The notes under the pieces were generated by a model, which did not search any database, had not been told where the DNA came from, and saw nothing but the letters and a program-made list of their open reading frames with translations. From Octopus bimaculoides (Eukaryota), in contig NC_068985.1 in assembly GCF_001194135.2 (NCBI RefSeq), forward strand, positions 17,944,325-17,979,704: a stretch of DNA of 35,380 nucleotides, in the 5' to 3' direction. Every line of letters begins with the position of its first letter. Within the stretch, counting starts at the first letter, position 1. This document shows positions 1-10,085 of this stretch, piece after piece. Both the position numbers and the translations under genes were made by a program.

Positions 1-221
1 CAGTACCCAGTAGTGCAATTTTCTGTATGTTATATATATTTGTAAGTCCTGGTGTTTTTGTTATGTATTTGTCTGAATATTTTTTTATTATACCTAAGGC
101 ACCTACTATGATAGGAATTGTTTCTGTTTTTAGATTCCACATTCGAGTTATCTCTATTTCCAGGTCTTTGTATTTTGAAAGTTTTTCCATTTCTTTTAGA
201 GAAACGTTGTCATCTGCTGGT
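1..221 (-). mobile_element. 5'-truncated R4/Dong-clade non-LTR retrotransposon, C-terminal restriction-like endonuclease (RLE) region; continues beyond the window start
   Basis: The minus strand translates without stops as PADDNVSLKEMEKLSKYKDLEIEITRMWNLKTETIPIIVGALGIIKKYSDKYITKTPGLTNIYNIQKIALLGT, the EKxxKYxDL..W..+P++vGALG signature of R4/Dong RLE. The truncated 5' end abuts an (AAT)n/(GAT)n tract. Confidence 0.85.
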
Positions 222-270
222 ATTATTATTATTATTATTATTATCATCACCATCATCATCATCATCATCG

Positions 271-331
<61 letters not shown>

Positions 332-345
332 TATTATTATTATTC
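221..345. repeat. Compound (ATT)n/(ATC)n microsatellite
   Basis: Visible directly. It explains the poly-I and poly-S ORFs 27..416 and 118..438. Confidence 0.95.
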
Positions 346-1025
346 CTTTTGTGTATTTTTATGAAGCTCAACATGAGTCATCTTCTGGATGGTTTGAATG
401 CAGAAATTCTGGGTGAATCAACATTCCCAGTGACCTGAAAATTGTCAGCATTTTTTCAAAGCCATTTATTTAATCTAAATAGAGTGAATTTATGTAATTA
501 TTTTTAGTTTAGATATCAAGAAACCTAAGCAATTAGGTTACAACTACTAGCGCCCTTGTGTTTGTATGTATGTATGTATGGATGGATGGATGGATGGATG
601 CTAAATGATGTTAAGCAAGGGGATATACTAGTGCCACCTCTGTTTGCATTAATACTTCGCTATGGTTTTCGCGTCGTGTACAGGGTCTCCATCAGATACT
701 GAACTAGACGTTCTACTGTCAAATAAGGCTGTTCTCATCGATATTACACGAATTCCTGTATGCTGACGATTGTGATCTTATTTGCTCCCCTCCAGGGTGA
801 GGTGCAGCATTTTTTAAAACTCCTCGACGGCTTGCAGTGCATTTTGTGGATATTTTTGGTTTGACGGGCAACACTTGTTTTCTTAACGAAACACTTTCAA
901 ACTTTGGACACTGGTAGAATATGCCATATAAAACAACTTTTTCTCTTAGCCTTCTTAACAAAAAATTGTACATCGCAAGTTATTTCATGTTAAAGTTGTC
1001 GTATTTTTGTAATTTCAACCAATCA

Positions 1026-1370
1026 CTGACGTCTATTCAGCTGAATACAGTTACTGCTGTTTTGTAAACAATAATTTTTTGCTGGTGAGAAAAGTGTTAT
1101 TCCCTGTTGACATATTTCATCCGGTTTTTTGGTTTGTTTTCTTTTGAAGCAGACAAAATTACAGAAAAATGGTAATTCATACGCATATATTGTTTATATA
1201 ATAAATTACGCTGTGCGTATCTGTGTTTGTAACAATTTTTCGCTAATTGAAAAAATAAGCAACACGCGTGTTTATGAACAGTCTAGTTAATCGGAAATGT
1301 CAGAACTAACAGGGATTAATACCATATACACCGCCACAGCAGTAACTGTATTCAACTGAATAGACGTCAG
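1026..1370. mobile_element. MITE-like element with 35-bp terminal inverted repeats
   Basis: 1026-1060 ctgacgtctattcagctgaatacagttactgctgt matches the reverse complement of 1336-1370 at 34/35 positions. The interior is AT-rich and non-coding. No clear TSD. Confidence 0.75.
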
Positions 1371-1544
1371 GGGTTGGTGGCGACCCCTGTTGTATTCTTT
1401 CGCCTCAACTTTCTCTCACTCTTTCTTCCTGTTTCTTGAGTAACGCTGCGATGGACTGGCGTCCCGTCCAGCTGGGGGGGGGGACACAAACGCTATAGAA
1501 ACCGGGAAACCGGGCCCATGAGCCTGGCTAGGCTTTAAAAGGGC
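1368..1544 (+). mobile_element. SINE fragment (central and 3' part; V-SINE-like core gcgatggactggcgtcccgtccag)
   Basis: Its first ~65 nt match the middle of the SINE at 29677-30062, then it diverges into a different tail. The V-domain label is from memory. Confidence 0.6.
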
Positions 1545-2438
1545 AGAAAAAATGTACCAGCAGGGAGCTTCAATTGAGACAAAGCTGAAGGTCTAAATAC
1601 TTGTGCTTTGTCTTCGTTGGTTTATGCATGTGAGACTTGGGTTATGTACTTAAGACATATCAAAACCCTAGATAGTTTTTACTAACAGCGTCTCCATCGT
1701 ATACGGAGTGACGTCGAAGTCCTCAAATGCAGTCAGTTAACCAGTATAGAGTTTCTAGTGCTTCAGCAATGATTACGACGGATTGGTCAAAATGGATGAT
1801 GATCGAATCCATAAACAATTTCTGTATGGTGAATTGGACCAGAGTAAAAGGCCACAAACTGAAATAAAGGTAGAAGGGCTGCGTCGAGAATATACTGGAG
1901 AAGATAAAAATCTTGGAAATTTAATGGGTAAAACCTCACTCTAGATCGTTCCTCGTGGAGAAAAGAAGTTCATGATGGGAAGGGGAAATTCGAACAAAAT
2001 CGTATCGAGCATGAACCGCTCAGGAGAGACATCCACAAGGCTCATGATATGAATTTGCTTGACTATGTTGGCGCACAACACACTTTAACATGTGACAAGT
2101 GTGGGCGTCTGTCTAAGTGAAGCAGGCCTTAAAAGCCATCAGAGAACGACCCACCTTCTATCCGCATACAAACACAGAGGGAAGTTGTTAATTATGCACT
2201 ATACAACATATCTGCTTGGTGGGAGAGTGGAAAAGAATGTGTGTTAGGAGGCGGACTGAAACACCATATGAAGGTCCAACAAAACAATATTATAACACTG
2301 ACTGCAAGAGGCGCCCATCATTGCCACATCTGTGCAAAAGAGTGAAATGTCTTTGGCAGGACTGAAAAGCCATATCCATGCTGCTTGTCATTAAGAGAAT
2401 AATTAAGCGATGACACAACCCGAAATTGAGTATATATT

Positions 2439-2730
2439 GTAGCCTAATGGCTAGGGTGTTACACTCCCGATCTAGCTATCGTGGGTTCTATTCCTGGACT
2501 GAGCAGAACGTTGTGTTCTTGAGCAAAAACCTTCGTTTCATCTGGCTCCAGTCTACTCGGCTGTAAATGGATAACTCTGCGACATCCTTGCCTTCCGATC
2601 GGGGGGTGGGTGGATTGTTGGCCTGCTCACCTAGCCAGCGGGATAGCATCATTCGGAAGCTAAAACGATGCAAACCGTATTGTGATTAGCGATGTGTAAC
2701 AACGTCTAATAGTCTGGTCCATCACGTGAC
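2439..2730 (+). mobile_element. tRNA-derived SINE (head shared with 3942-4278, different tail) ending at (TA)n
   Basis: A-box-like tagcctaatggctagg and B-box-like gggttctattcc, followed by ttcttgagcaa...gctccagtctactcggctg as in 3942-4278. Confidence 0.7.
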
Positions 2731-3255
2731 ATATATATATATATATATATATANNNNNNNNNNNNNNNNNNNNNNNNNNNNNNNNNNNNNNNNNNNNNNN
2801 NNNNNNNNNNNNNNNNNNNNNNNNNNNNNNNNNNNNNNNNNNNNNNNNNNNNNNNNNNNNNNNNNNNNNNNNNNNNNNNNNNNNNNNNNNNNNNNNNNNN
2901 NNNNNNNNNNNNNNNNNNNNNNNNNNNNNNNNNNNNNNNNNNNNNNNNNNNNNNNNNNNNNNNNNNNNNNNNNNNNNNNNNNNNNNNNNNNNNNNNNNNN
3001 NNNNNNNNNNNNNNNNNNNNNNNNNNNNNNNNNNNNNNNNNNNNNNNNNNNNNNNNNNNNNNNNNNNNNNNNNNNNNNNNNNNNNNNNNNNNNNNNNNNN
3101 NNNNNNNNNNNNNNNNNNNNNNNNNNNNNNNNNNNNNNNNNNNNNNNNNNNNNNNNNNGTAGGGAATATAAATCCATAACTTACAGGGAAAAATTCAACT
3201 TAGTAATTCTAAATCAAATTTCACAATATATAATATATGTATATAATTTAGAGAC

Positions 3256-3461
3256 AAAAAAAAAACCTCTATTAAACAATTCAATAATGAAAAACGTAAT
3301 TCATACTATCCAGAAAAATAAATATACTATAAAAACCTCATTCTAAAAAACAATAAAGTCCATAAACAATCATAATACTATTTATTTATAGTATATTTAT
3401 TTTTCTGGATGGTATGAATTACGTTTTTTTAATATTGAATTGTTTAATAGATTTTTTTTTT
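3256..3461. repeat. AT-rich inverted repeat (~66-75 bp arms, ~50 bp loop), MITE-like hairpin
   Basis: 3268-3333 pairs with 3385-3451 with few mismatches. The flanking poly-A and poly-T runs also pair. Confidence 0.8.
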
Positions 3462-3941
3462 GGGAAAAATTACTCCTCTCTGTTATAACTTATCAGGTAA
3501 CTCAAGAACATCGAGGATCGGGTCAAGCCTTACTTCGAGGAGCAAGAAACCGTGGGCTTTACCTAATTTTTCATTCTGAATCAACCCTAAAACAGATGTT
3601 TGAGATATTGTCCAATTATCTTCACCGACGGAGGTTCCTTTTGCGATGTTTCCAAACTTCTCAAGTGTCCAAACATCACAAACCCGTAGATATCGGTCCT
3701 TAGAAACCGCCTTCAAAACGGTATCAGCTTCGCAGGCTTATTTCTCTACCGATTCGCAGTTTTGTGTTCAAACGTTGCTATATTCTTAATTGTAATTATC
3801 ATTGTTCTACGTCGAGCATACATTCGATTTTGATAAGTCGAGCAATGAATTCTTTGTTATATTTTTCTTATATTTGTGTGAGACACATTATTATTGTTGT
3901 GTCTTAAGCGAGTCATTATGTTATTAATACAACATGCACTG

Positions 3942-4278
3942 ATGAAGGCGCGTGGCTTAGCGATTGCGGCATTCGCCTTATGATCGTAAGGTCGTTAGTT
4001 CGATTTCCGGCGGCATGTCGTATTCTTGAGCAAGATACTTTATTTCGCATTGTTCCAATCCACTCAGCTGGTAAAAATGTGTAGTAGCTGTATTTCAAAG
4101 GGCTAGCTTTATCACATTCTATGTCATCCTGAATCTCCCCGAGAACTACTTTAAGGGCGCATGTGTGTGTGTGTGGAGTGCTCAGCCATTTGCACCTTAA
4201 TTTTAATTTTACGAGCAGGCTGTTCTGTTGATCGGATCAGCTGGAACCCACATCGTCTTAACCGACGAATGCCAAGTA
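3942..4278 (+). mobile_element. Full-length tRNA-derived SINE with 16-bp TSD
   Basis: Pol III A/B-box-like head. The direct repeat aatacaacatgcactg is at 3926-3941 and 4279-4294. The tail is shared with 14772-15075 and 29677-30062. Confidence 0.85.
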
Positions 4279-4789
4279 AATACAACATGCACTGGTTCTA
4301 TTGCATTTCTTTTATTAAACGAAACATATATTGACTGATAAAATCTAGTTTATACTCTTCTAACAATGATTATATTCTTTTCAATCTGTTGTTGATATAT
4401 GTTTAATCTGTATGTATGTCTATCGTTAAAATGAACTTCCATTATGCAGCTGAGGAGTACATTTTCATTGCACATGTTATGTGGTGTTCTCACTACATAA
4501 ATAAATGAAGTTTGTACGAAACGTACATACTGCTATAACCTATTGAAGTTTTGTTGCTTTTCTTCAAAAGTTAATCTGTATATAATTAATATAAGCCCTA
4601 GGTAAAGCAAGTATATGATGAAACAAAACACTGGTTGTGACCATCGTGTCTTTTTATCAAAAGTGTTGTTCCTTAATTTAAATTGGTAGCGTGTGATATG
4701 ACTGAGTTTTAGTTGTTAATTCTCGCATATCAGACGACCTTTATGGATGGCACTCATGCATACATATGTCTTACATCGTTGGACGGTAG

Positions 4790-4926
4790 CCATCGCCTTG
4801 ACGGGTTTTAAGCGAACAAATCGACTCCAGCACTTATTTTTAAAAGTCTGCTAATTATTCTATCGTTTTCTTTTACCGAACTGCTAAGTTCGGGATCGTA
4901 AACAAACACCGGTTGTCAAGCGGTGT
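4790..4926 (-). mobile_element. CORE-type (OR-like) SINE, 3' fragment
   Basis: Reverse complement matches the 3' half of 23410-23805 (cgcttgacaaccggtg...gtttacg...cttagcagttcgg). Confidence 0.65.
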
Positions 4927-5297
4927 GAGATTTCTCATATGGGAAAAATAATTTTTGATTTAATATAGATAAGGTAGAAATATAAATGTATAAATGAACA
5001 TCTGGGGAAAGGGAATGTGATCGACCTATGAAATGGATCTAAACGGAGTCTGGAACTGTCACAGAATCGGTTTGTCAAAAGTTTATTTATACACCAGAAA
5101 GTGTATGCCACCAGAATTAAGTTTCAAATATGTAACGAATCGATAACAGCGTGAGTACAAATGTAAATCAATTAATAAATTTTCATCGTATTTTTAATTT
5201 CTGGACAGACAACTGTTTCAGGAGAATTTATCAAAATTACATTTTCGTTGATTTATTATTTTTTTTTTCATAAAGGACTATTGCTTTTTCATTGCAG

Positions 5298-5435
5298 AAT
5301 GGTTCTTTGTTTGTCGAGTTTTCGCCATGTTTGCGGCTGGACTTTGCCTTATAGCCACATTTCTTCAACTGATCTATTTCTGTTGTCCAAAGCAAATCAT
5401 CAGAGCTCAGTCGATGTATATGCTTGGCTCTTCAG
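5298..5435 (+). CDS. Internal (penultimate) exon of a PMP22/claudin/EMP-superfamily tetraspan membrane protein (TM2 to start of TM3)
   Basis: Acceptor ttttcattgcag|, donor tcag|gtaact, phase 1 to phase 1, 138 nt open: xWFFVCRVFAMFAAGLCLIATFLQLIYFCCPKQIIRAQSMYMLGSS. It splices in frame to 6592. Confidence 0.8.
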
Positions 5436-5682
5436 GTAACTACCACTTTTCTCTTTCCAGAGGAAAGTATTAACACCAATTTGAGTTTTAAATCCTTTTT
5501 ACAGTTTTTACAATATCCCGTATTTGATGGTATATATAACGAAATATTCCCCCCCCCCCCCACACACACACCAAATGTCTCCAAAAATTAACCCCGTGTC
5601 CTATATGCGAAGCTGGATCTTCCATAATTTTGTCCCGGGCGTTCTTCTTCCTGTATATGCACTATTGAGAATGGGATGCCAC

Positions 5683-5840
5683 GAGGGAAGGACTGAGAAT
5701 ATTAAGGGTCCTCGGGCATAACTGTTTACTGGGCCCCTTTGAATGTGTGTTCTAGTAGAGTTAACATTTAGAGTGCGAGCCCCTCAGAGCTCCGGACCCT
5801 CGGGCAGTGCCCGATTGACTGACGGCTCAGTCCGTCTCTG
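5683..5840. mobile_element. Degenerate hAT-like MITE in intron
   Basis: Imperfect TIRs gagggaaggactgag / ctcagtccgtctctg. Degenerate 8-bp TSD gatgccac / aatgcctc. Internal gggccc/cgggca motifs. Confidence 0.45.
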
Positions 5841-6166
5841 AATGCCTCTAATATGCCCACGCGTCTTTTATGTCATCAAATACGGTTACGAATTTTTATA
5901 AAACTTTCATTAAACTCATCAATATAATTTTGCTTAATTTACTTATTACTATATAAAAAATATTTAGTAACCTTACTCCAGAATTATAACAAGAAGATAA
6001 GGGTCTAACTAGCAAAGAATCATTGTTTCTACCAAGTTGCGTCTCATTCGTCTTGTGTGTAGTTGCAAGCGCACACATCTTCTCTCAGTCAGGCTTTTAA
6101 AAAGTTACACACTAATTTATTTTTATAAAATCCTCAAATGGAAGCAATTACAGCATTATTCCTTTA

Positions 6167-6230
6167 GTTCTGAGTTCGAACCTGACCAAGTCGATTTTGC
6201 CTTTCCTTCCTCCAGGATTAGTGAAACAGT
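6167..6230 (+). mobile_element. Old fragment of the Meta-type SINE
   Basis: gttctgagttcgaa...gtcgattttgcctttc matches the B-box and core of the copies at 21058 and 32144. Confidence 0.5.
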
Positions 6231-6591
6231 ACAATTCAATTACATTCAAGCCAGATCCTTGGCTCTGTCCCCGCGAACCGTTTTCCCTTCAAACATTGAC
6301 CTGTACATGTAAAGGTTGGACATCAACCTTTACATTAACTTCAACCTGCTAGGAGGTCTTGCAAATGTCATATGCACTCCCCTTCCTTGACTTGAAAATC
6401 CTATTGTGATTAAATTTGAGAAAAATCCTTATACTAAATTAAGCAATTTATTTCTATTTATTAATAATTGCTGTTTAATAAAAAGTGGTAACTTAAATGA
6501 CAATATATTCTTTTTTTTTAGTCATTATTGGTGAAAAAGAATAATTTCTTTTACATATTTTATCCAGTTCCATAATATTTTTATTTTTCAG

Positions 6592-6794
6592 GTTTGTTTA
6601 TTTTGATGTCTGTGTTCATCTTCATCGCTATGTACCAAGTAGCCCAACAGAAAAATAGTTACACTGATATTGAAATTCGACTTGGTTATCCTGTTGGGTT
6701 TTGCATAATTGCTGGAGTCTTAGCTATAGCAGCCGCCATTTTAACTGCTGTTTCGTCAATCGTAGCCGAAAGAGATAACGAAGACTTTTATTAA
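6592..6794 (+). CDS. Last coding exon of the PMP22/claudin-superfamily protein (TM3, ECL2, TM4, short tail)
   Basis: Acceptor tttttatttttcag|, phase 1: GLFILMSVFIFIAMYQVAQQKNSYTDIEIRLGYPVGFCIIAGVLAIAAAILTAVSSIVAERDNEDFY*. Two hydrophobic helices, with the 'lGy..g.ciiagvl' TM4 pattern typical of the family. Exons carrying TM1/ECL1 were not found in the window. Confidence 0.82.
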
Positions 6795-7274
6795 AAAACT
6801 TAATATGCTGCTTCGTTTTTCACTTAATTTGTCATCTTTGCTAACTTATTTTCTTTCCTTTGGTACAGAAAATTTCATTTTGGTCTAGCCATAAGAACAT
6901 AGGAGTTTTAAAGAGAGACCCAAACTTCAGATTTATATATCTAATGAATCAATAGAGGAAATTTCTGTAATATCATGTATCACAAATGTTATCCTGATAT
7001 ATAAATCATCTGAAATATCATACAGTTGAAATATATTTCAACCAACGGCTGGATTAATCAGGGATTTGGAAATGTATTCTGGTAAAACAGCCAAACTTAA
7101 GTATTCACCTTTATGTTCATGCGTATTAGTATGTGTGCACATGTATATTTTGCATATGTGCACATATATATGCCTACATTTGTTTGTATTAACTCCCCCC
7201 CCCGAAAAATCATATGAAGTATTCTAAAAACCACAGTGCAAGTACACATAGCTTCATTTTGCGAGTAAGCACAC

Positions 7275-7456
7275 TGGAGATCGCTGACCACTACATTTAT
7301 GTCTTTTTCTCTCCTTGTTTCTTTCTGTGTTCCTTTCAGTTGAAGAGCGTAGGCTCGAAACGTCAAAGACTTTCTCTATTCCCGAGCGTTATACTAATAC
7401 ATCCATTTGTTGTTTACACCACCTGTCTTCGTCTGTTGTTTTTTTCGTAAATTCTC

Positions 7457-7492
<36 letters not shown>
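7275..7492 (+). mobile_element. Penelope-like element 3' terminal remnant ending in (TA)n, with a decayed minimal hammerhead motif
   Basis: cttt-cagttgaa-gagc gtag gctc-gaaa-cg-tc-aaag at 7333-7368, a T-rich 3' end and an abutting (TA)n. The family assignment is by motif recognition only. Confidence 0.5.
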
Positions 7493-7945
7493 NNNNNNNN
7501 NNNNNNNNNNNNNNNNNNNNNNNNNNNNNNNNNNNNNNNNNNNNNNNNNNNNNNNNNNNNNNNNNNNNNNNNNNNNNNNNNNNNNNNNNNNNNNNNNNNN
7601 NNNNNNNNNNNNNNNNNNNNNNNNNNNNNNNNNNNNNNNNNNNNNNNNNNNNNNNNNNNNNNNNNNNNNNNNNNNNNNNNNNNNNNNNNNNNNNNNNNNN
7701 NNNNNNNNNNNNNNNNNNNNNNNNNNNNNNNNNNNNNNNNNNNNNNNNNNNNNNNNNNNNNNNNNNNNNNNACTGCATTCTTATAGGAGAAAGAGATGTA
7801 AGCTAATGAAGTTCATAACATAATAATTTATTCCTTTGTCATCTCATTTTCTTATTACCACTCTGTACTCGACTAACGCTTCATTCTGAAGCACATGTAT
7901 ATCGAGGTTATACACACCAAGTTATTAATCTCGCAATGCCTAAGC

Positions 7946-7985
<40 letters not shown>

Positions 7986-8606
7986 ACCACATAATAAGTA
8001 ATTAATTAAGTAGATGAATGAATATTAAACTGATTCTGTGTAATCTTTCCTTTTTAATGTTTATAATTGATATACACACCTTTTGCCTATTCTGGTTATG
8101 ATATCATTTTTGAAATTCTTAAATTTTATTTTCATACAACATTACAATATAGTTTATAAACAATCATCCATAGTGCCCCTAAATAAAATTTCTTCTGTAT
8201 TAACAGCTTAGATTTCTTAGCGTCTTGCCTCTTTAACTGGTAATTAACATCATGATTTAAAGTCTACGCTACTCTGCTTCTTTTTATAGAGAGTCACTTA
8301 TATCCAACTGACTACTCCTAATGTCTTATTTCCTCCCCGAGGAAAAGGGATACATATGATAATATTTATGACCACACCTAGCCATAAGCAGTCAAGTCAC
8401 TCATGTCCTTTATTCAAAATAAAAACAGTCTTCTAGTCTTAGATTTAGTAGTTGATAAAAAGATAAATGAATTANNNNNNNNNNNNNNNNNNNNNNNNNN
8501 NNNNNNNNNNNNNNNNNNNNNNNNNNNNNNNNNNNNNNNNNNNNNNNNNNNNNNNNNNNNNNNNNNNNNNNNNNATGTATGTATGTATGTATGTATGTAT
8601 GTATGT

Positions 8607-8820
8607 ATATAATTGTATGAAGGGAGCAAGGGCGAAAAAAACAACGTATCTCCAACATGCTTGAAAATGCCGAGGCATTCAGATACTACCGAAAATCTCC
8701 AAATATATATATATACACGGATTGTAGGCGAGCGAGTGAAAAAAACACACTAAAAATACTTCTCGTTAATTGTGGAGATAAGTCGTTTTTTTCGCCCTTG
8801 CTCCTTTAATATAATTATAT
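8607..8820. mobile_element. MITE with ~48-bp TIRs between (TATG)n and (TA)n-type repeats
   Basis: 8607-8654 atataattgtatgaagggagcaagggcgaaaaaaacaacgtatctcca versus reverse complement of 8773-8820 atataattatattaaaggagcaagggcgaaaaaaacgacttatctcca. Confidence 0.8.
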
Positions 8821-8904
8821 ACATACATATATATAAATATATATATATACATATACATATATATGTATATATATGTATATATATGTATATATATATATAC
8901 ATAT

Positions 8905-9025
8905 GTGTGTGTGTTTACGTCCCTGTAACTTAGCGGTTCGGCAAAACTTATCGATAGGATAAGTACAAGGCTTCACAAAGAATAAGTTCTGAAGTCAATT
9001 TTCTGGACTAGAGTTCTTCAAGGTG
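8905..9025 (+). mobile_element. CORE-type SINE 3' fragment
   Basis: gtgtttacgtccctgtaacttagcggttcggcaaaa...aggcttcacaaagaataag matches 23640-23720. Confidence 0.7.
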
Positions 9026-9565
9026 AGGAGTGGAATTGATAGTATAACGTTTATTCCGTGGGTGATAATTGTTTGAACAACTTGCAGGTGGCCAGTCTTA
9101 TACCATGTCTATACAATTGGATGATAACGACGATTTAGTCATTCATATTTTGTAAAATGTACGTAGTCCGCAACCTGAATTTCCAAAGGAGAAATTCTCC
9201 GGTATGTAACTTCAATCGTTGAGTGCTTCCTAAGGTAAACGCTCGGGTTATCCACTAACTTACTATACATACATACATACATACATACATACATACATAC
9301 ATACATACACACATACATACATAACGGTATGTGTGTATATANNNNNNNNNNNNNNNNNNNNNNNNNNNNNNNNNNNNNNNNNNNNNNNNNNNNNNNNNNN
9401 NNNNNNNNNNNNNNNNNNNNNNNNNNNNNNNNNNNNNNNNNNNNNNNNNNNNNNNNNNNNNNNNNNNNNNNNNNNNNNNNNNNNNNNNNNNNNNNNNNNN
9501 NNNNNNNNNNNNNNNNNNNNNNNNNNNNNNNNNNNNNNNNNNNNNNNNNNNNNNNNNNNNNNNNN

Positions 9566-10085
9566 GGCCCATGACCTCTTAAAAATATGGAGGAGGAAAT
9601 GCCTCACTACTCAAAGGTATTATCAGAGTTCCGAAAGGGGATACGTAATATCATTAGCCAGCCATGTATGTCAACTGAGAGACGATGGGATTCCATACTC
9701 GATCTCATGGAAAATCCTCGAGAACCCAGGCTCCTACATCAACGGGACAAAATGATGCAAATTATGCATAGCGGAACAGGCGAGAATCCTAAAGAACTTC
9801 CTCGAACCAGGGAACATCCTTAACTCCAGAACGGAGATTTTCGGGCCATGTTTACATTTCAGGAGATTCCTGCTTGCCTTTTGGAGCCCACAAAATGGCG
9901 GCACAGCCAGAAGTCGATAGCCGATAACCAAGGGAGATAATCCCTGTTGTTACATATGAGTAGTGAGGCATTTCCTCCTCCTTATTCTTAAGTGTCTTGA
10001 GCCAACAGGTTTTGAGATTTCACGATTCGCCATAAAGCTAAACCATTTATGGGCATGAAACCTAAGGTAATCCCATAAACCAGCC
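9566..10085 (+). mobile_element. Penelope-like element: GIY-YIG endonuclease C-terminal half plus 3' pseudo-LTR, preceded by an inverted copy of the pseudo-LTR
   Basis: Translation SLASHVCQLRDDGIPYSISWKILENPGSYINGTK*CKLCIAEQARILKNFLEPGNILNSRTEIFGPCLHFRRFLL matches the PLE I.W.I..Y....K.C.LC..E....LN.R.E...C.H...FLL pattern. 9566-9613 is an inverted repeat of 9957-10003. Confidence 0.85.

Larger units (their letters stand above)
608..2390 (+). mobile_element. Decayed RTE-clade LINE (RT domain to C-terminus), interrupted at ~1020-1545 by a MITE and a SINE fragment
   Basis: Fragmented translations: VKQGDILVPPLFAL (610-651), LHEFLYADDCDL (YADD at 759-770), LVYACETWVMY, KMDDDRIHKQFLYGEL (~1790-1836), DRSSWRKEVHDG, then C2H2-like motifs at 2091-2385. 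Many stops and frameshifts. Confidence 0.85.

Noticed and set aside
27-438. Poly-I and poly-S ORFs on the + strand (also 30743.., 31846..32158)
   Set aside because: They are antisense to a Dong fragment plus (ATT/ATC)n microsatellite, so not genes.
3440-3716. Overlapping ORFs 3440..3703 (+) and 3483..3716 (-) in moderately GC-rich unique sequence
   Set aside because: No recognisable domain, no clean splice-site pair, and no claudin ECL1 motif. Possibly an unrecognised transposon relic.
9088-9201. AG...GT-bounded + strand segment
   Set aside because: Stops occur in all three frames.
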